64,000 bases of DNA from contig CBDDBP010000006.1 in NCBI GenBank assembly GCA_965225815.1, positions 2,956 to 66,955 of the forward strand, in the 5' to 3' direction. Positions 63,035-64,000 of the stretch are shown piece after piece. Origin of the DNA: Dehalococcoidia bacterium (lineage in GTDB: Bacteria; Chloroflexota; Dehalococcoidia; DSTF01; WHTK01). Below the pieces are notes generated by a model, which did not search any database, had not been told where the DNA came from, and saw only the letters and a program-made list of their open reading frames with translations. The position numbers and the translations under genes are program-made. Position 1 is the first letter of the stretch. Every line of letters starts with the position of its first letter.

Positions 63035-64000
63035 CTAGGTTATCTGCGTAAGCTCACCGAGCTTGCTGACGAGAGCCTTGGCCTTGACGCTGGCGATGGC
63101 TTCCTCGCGAGTGGGGCCGTAGGCAATTTCGCGGCGGTAGCAATAGGCCTCGGGGTGCCAAGGCTCAGAAGGCTCGACGCCATCGGCGAGCGCCCTGGCG
63201 GTTTTGAGGAGCCGTTGGCGGACGTGAATGATCATGTAGTCGTAGCTGGTCAGATGCTCGCGCCAGCGATGGGCGATGGGGCCCCACTGGTCTTCCATCA
63301 TCGCGATGTCCTGCAACGGGAAGGTGCGGATGCCGGTGTAGTTCTCTCTGCGTTGCATGTTGCGGTCAATGTTGTAGCTGTTGTGGACGTTATCGACCGG
63401 GATGACGGTGCCAGGAATGAGCTGAGGGAAGTACCAGTCGTTGTTGCGGTACTCGTCTAGGTCCTCCTGGGGGATGGCGTCGTAGCTCCAGCGCAGGCGG
63501 AAGAACATGAGGCTCTTGTTGTCGATCGGGACGCGCATGTTGCTGCTGTAGGTATTGGGACCGGCGATGCCGGCGGTGCAGAAGATCGGCAGCATGACCG
63601 TGACCGCAAGGTTGGCCTGCCATTTGCCGGGCTCTTCCTCGAATGCGCCGATGGAGACAACGCCGGAATCGGTCTCTTCGATCTCCGCGACGGGCTTCTG
63701 GATGACGCGACGGTTGCCGACGATGCGGGGGAAGGCGTCTGTGGCAGCCTCGCGATCGGCGGGCGCCATGGGGTTGCCGGTGCGGCGGTTGGGGTCTAGC
63801 GGGCTGGGAATAGTGGCGTCTTCAAGCTTGCTGTGGAGGAAGCGGGCGTGGCTGGGGTCGTAGTCACCCTCCATAGCCTGCAGGTAGTTGCATTCGAGGC
63901 GGAACTTGCGAACGTAGCGGTTTTCCTTGGGGAGCTTGAGCCAGTCGAACTCCGGGAAGGGAGGCTGCTTGTCCTTGGGGCCCATGTAGGCCCAGATCAG
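63035..64000 (-). CDS. Rieske oxygenase alpha subunit, catalytic domain (N-terminus outside window)
   Basis: The frame is open to nt 64000 (LIWAYMGPKDKQPPFPEF, collinear with the paralogues). Fe motif CNYLQAMEGDYDPSHARFLH. Confidence 0.85.
   Translation of the reverse strand: MIWAYMGPKDKQPPFPEFDWLKLPKENRYVRKFRLECNYLQAMEGDYDPSHARFLHSKLEDATIPSPLDPNRRTGNPMAPADREAATDAFPRIVGNRRVIQKPVAEIEETDSGVVSIGAFEEEPGKWQANLAVTVMLPIFCTAGIAGPNTYSSNMRVPIDNKSLMFFRLRWSYDAIPQEDLDEYRNNDWYFPQLIPGTVIPVDNVHNSYNIDRNMQRRENYTGIRTFPLQDIAMMEDQWGPIAHRWREHLTSYDYMIIHVRQRLLKTARALADGVEPSEPWHPEAYCYRREIAYGPTREEAIASVKAKALVSKLGELTQIT

Noticed and set aside
1-64000. tRNA, rRNA, tmRNA, known riboswitches, transposases and integrases
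   Set aside because: A visual scan for T-loop consensus (GGTTCGA.TCC), rRNA-like conservation and common riboswitch cores (THI CUGAGA box, B12 box) in intergenic regions found nothing convincing. A proper tRNAscan/Rfam run is still advisable.

Overview
High-GC bacterial chromosomal segment, roughly 65% G+C by eye (not computed), densely packed with oxidative catabolic genes. It holds 5 Rieske oxygenase alpha-subunit paralogues, 5 MFS transporters, 2 ACMSD/LigW-type amidohydrolases, 4 SDRs, 2 CMD-family proteins, FAH, HpaB-type monooxygenase, class II aldolase, acyl-CoA dehydrogenase, MaoC hydratase, a DUF385 deazaflavin-type reductase, and three tandem Tat-lipoprotein family-5 solute-binding proteins. 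The repertoire resembles marine Chloroflexota (SAR202-like) genomes, but that placement is inference only. I found no rRNA, tRNA, CRISPR array, transposase or integrase. The main observations are as follows. (1) Two thiol-peroxidase/redoxin-type genes carry an in-frame TGA exactly at the catalytic Cys position, each with a downstream hairpin, so they are candidate selenoproteins (one OsmC-like, one iodothyronine-deiodinase-like). (2) Intergenic space is saturated with several families of REP-like hairpin elements, including a GTAG+palindrome REP present 8 times in one orientation. These form 69 to 196 bp tandem arrays and are associated with duplications of gene termini. (3) There are two low-GC insertions: a two-gene cassette ending in a PD-(D/E)xK nuclease, and a region of RHS/YD-repeat remnants with a lipoprotein and a mini membrane ORF. 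(4) A 1872-bp perfect duplication coincides with an SBP coding sequence. (5) A permease is fused to a CRTAC1/FG-GAP protein. (6) There are at least 8 single-nucleotide frame disruptions, most at short G/C runs, which may be assembly errors or real pseudogenes. Many long ORFs in the supplied track are antisense shadows of real genes and are not reported.
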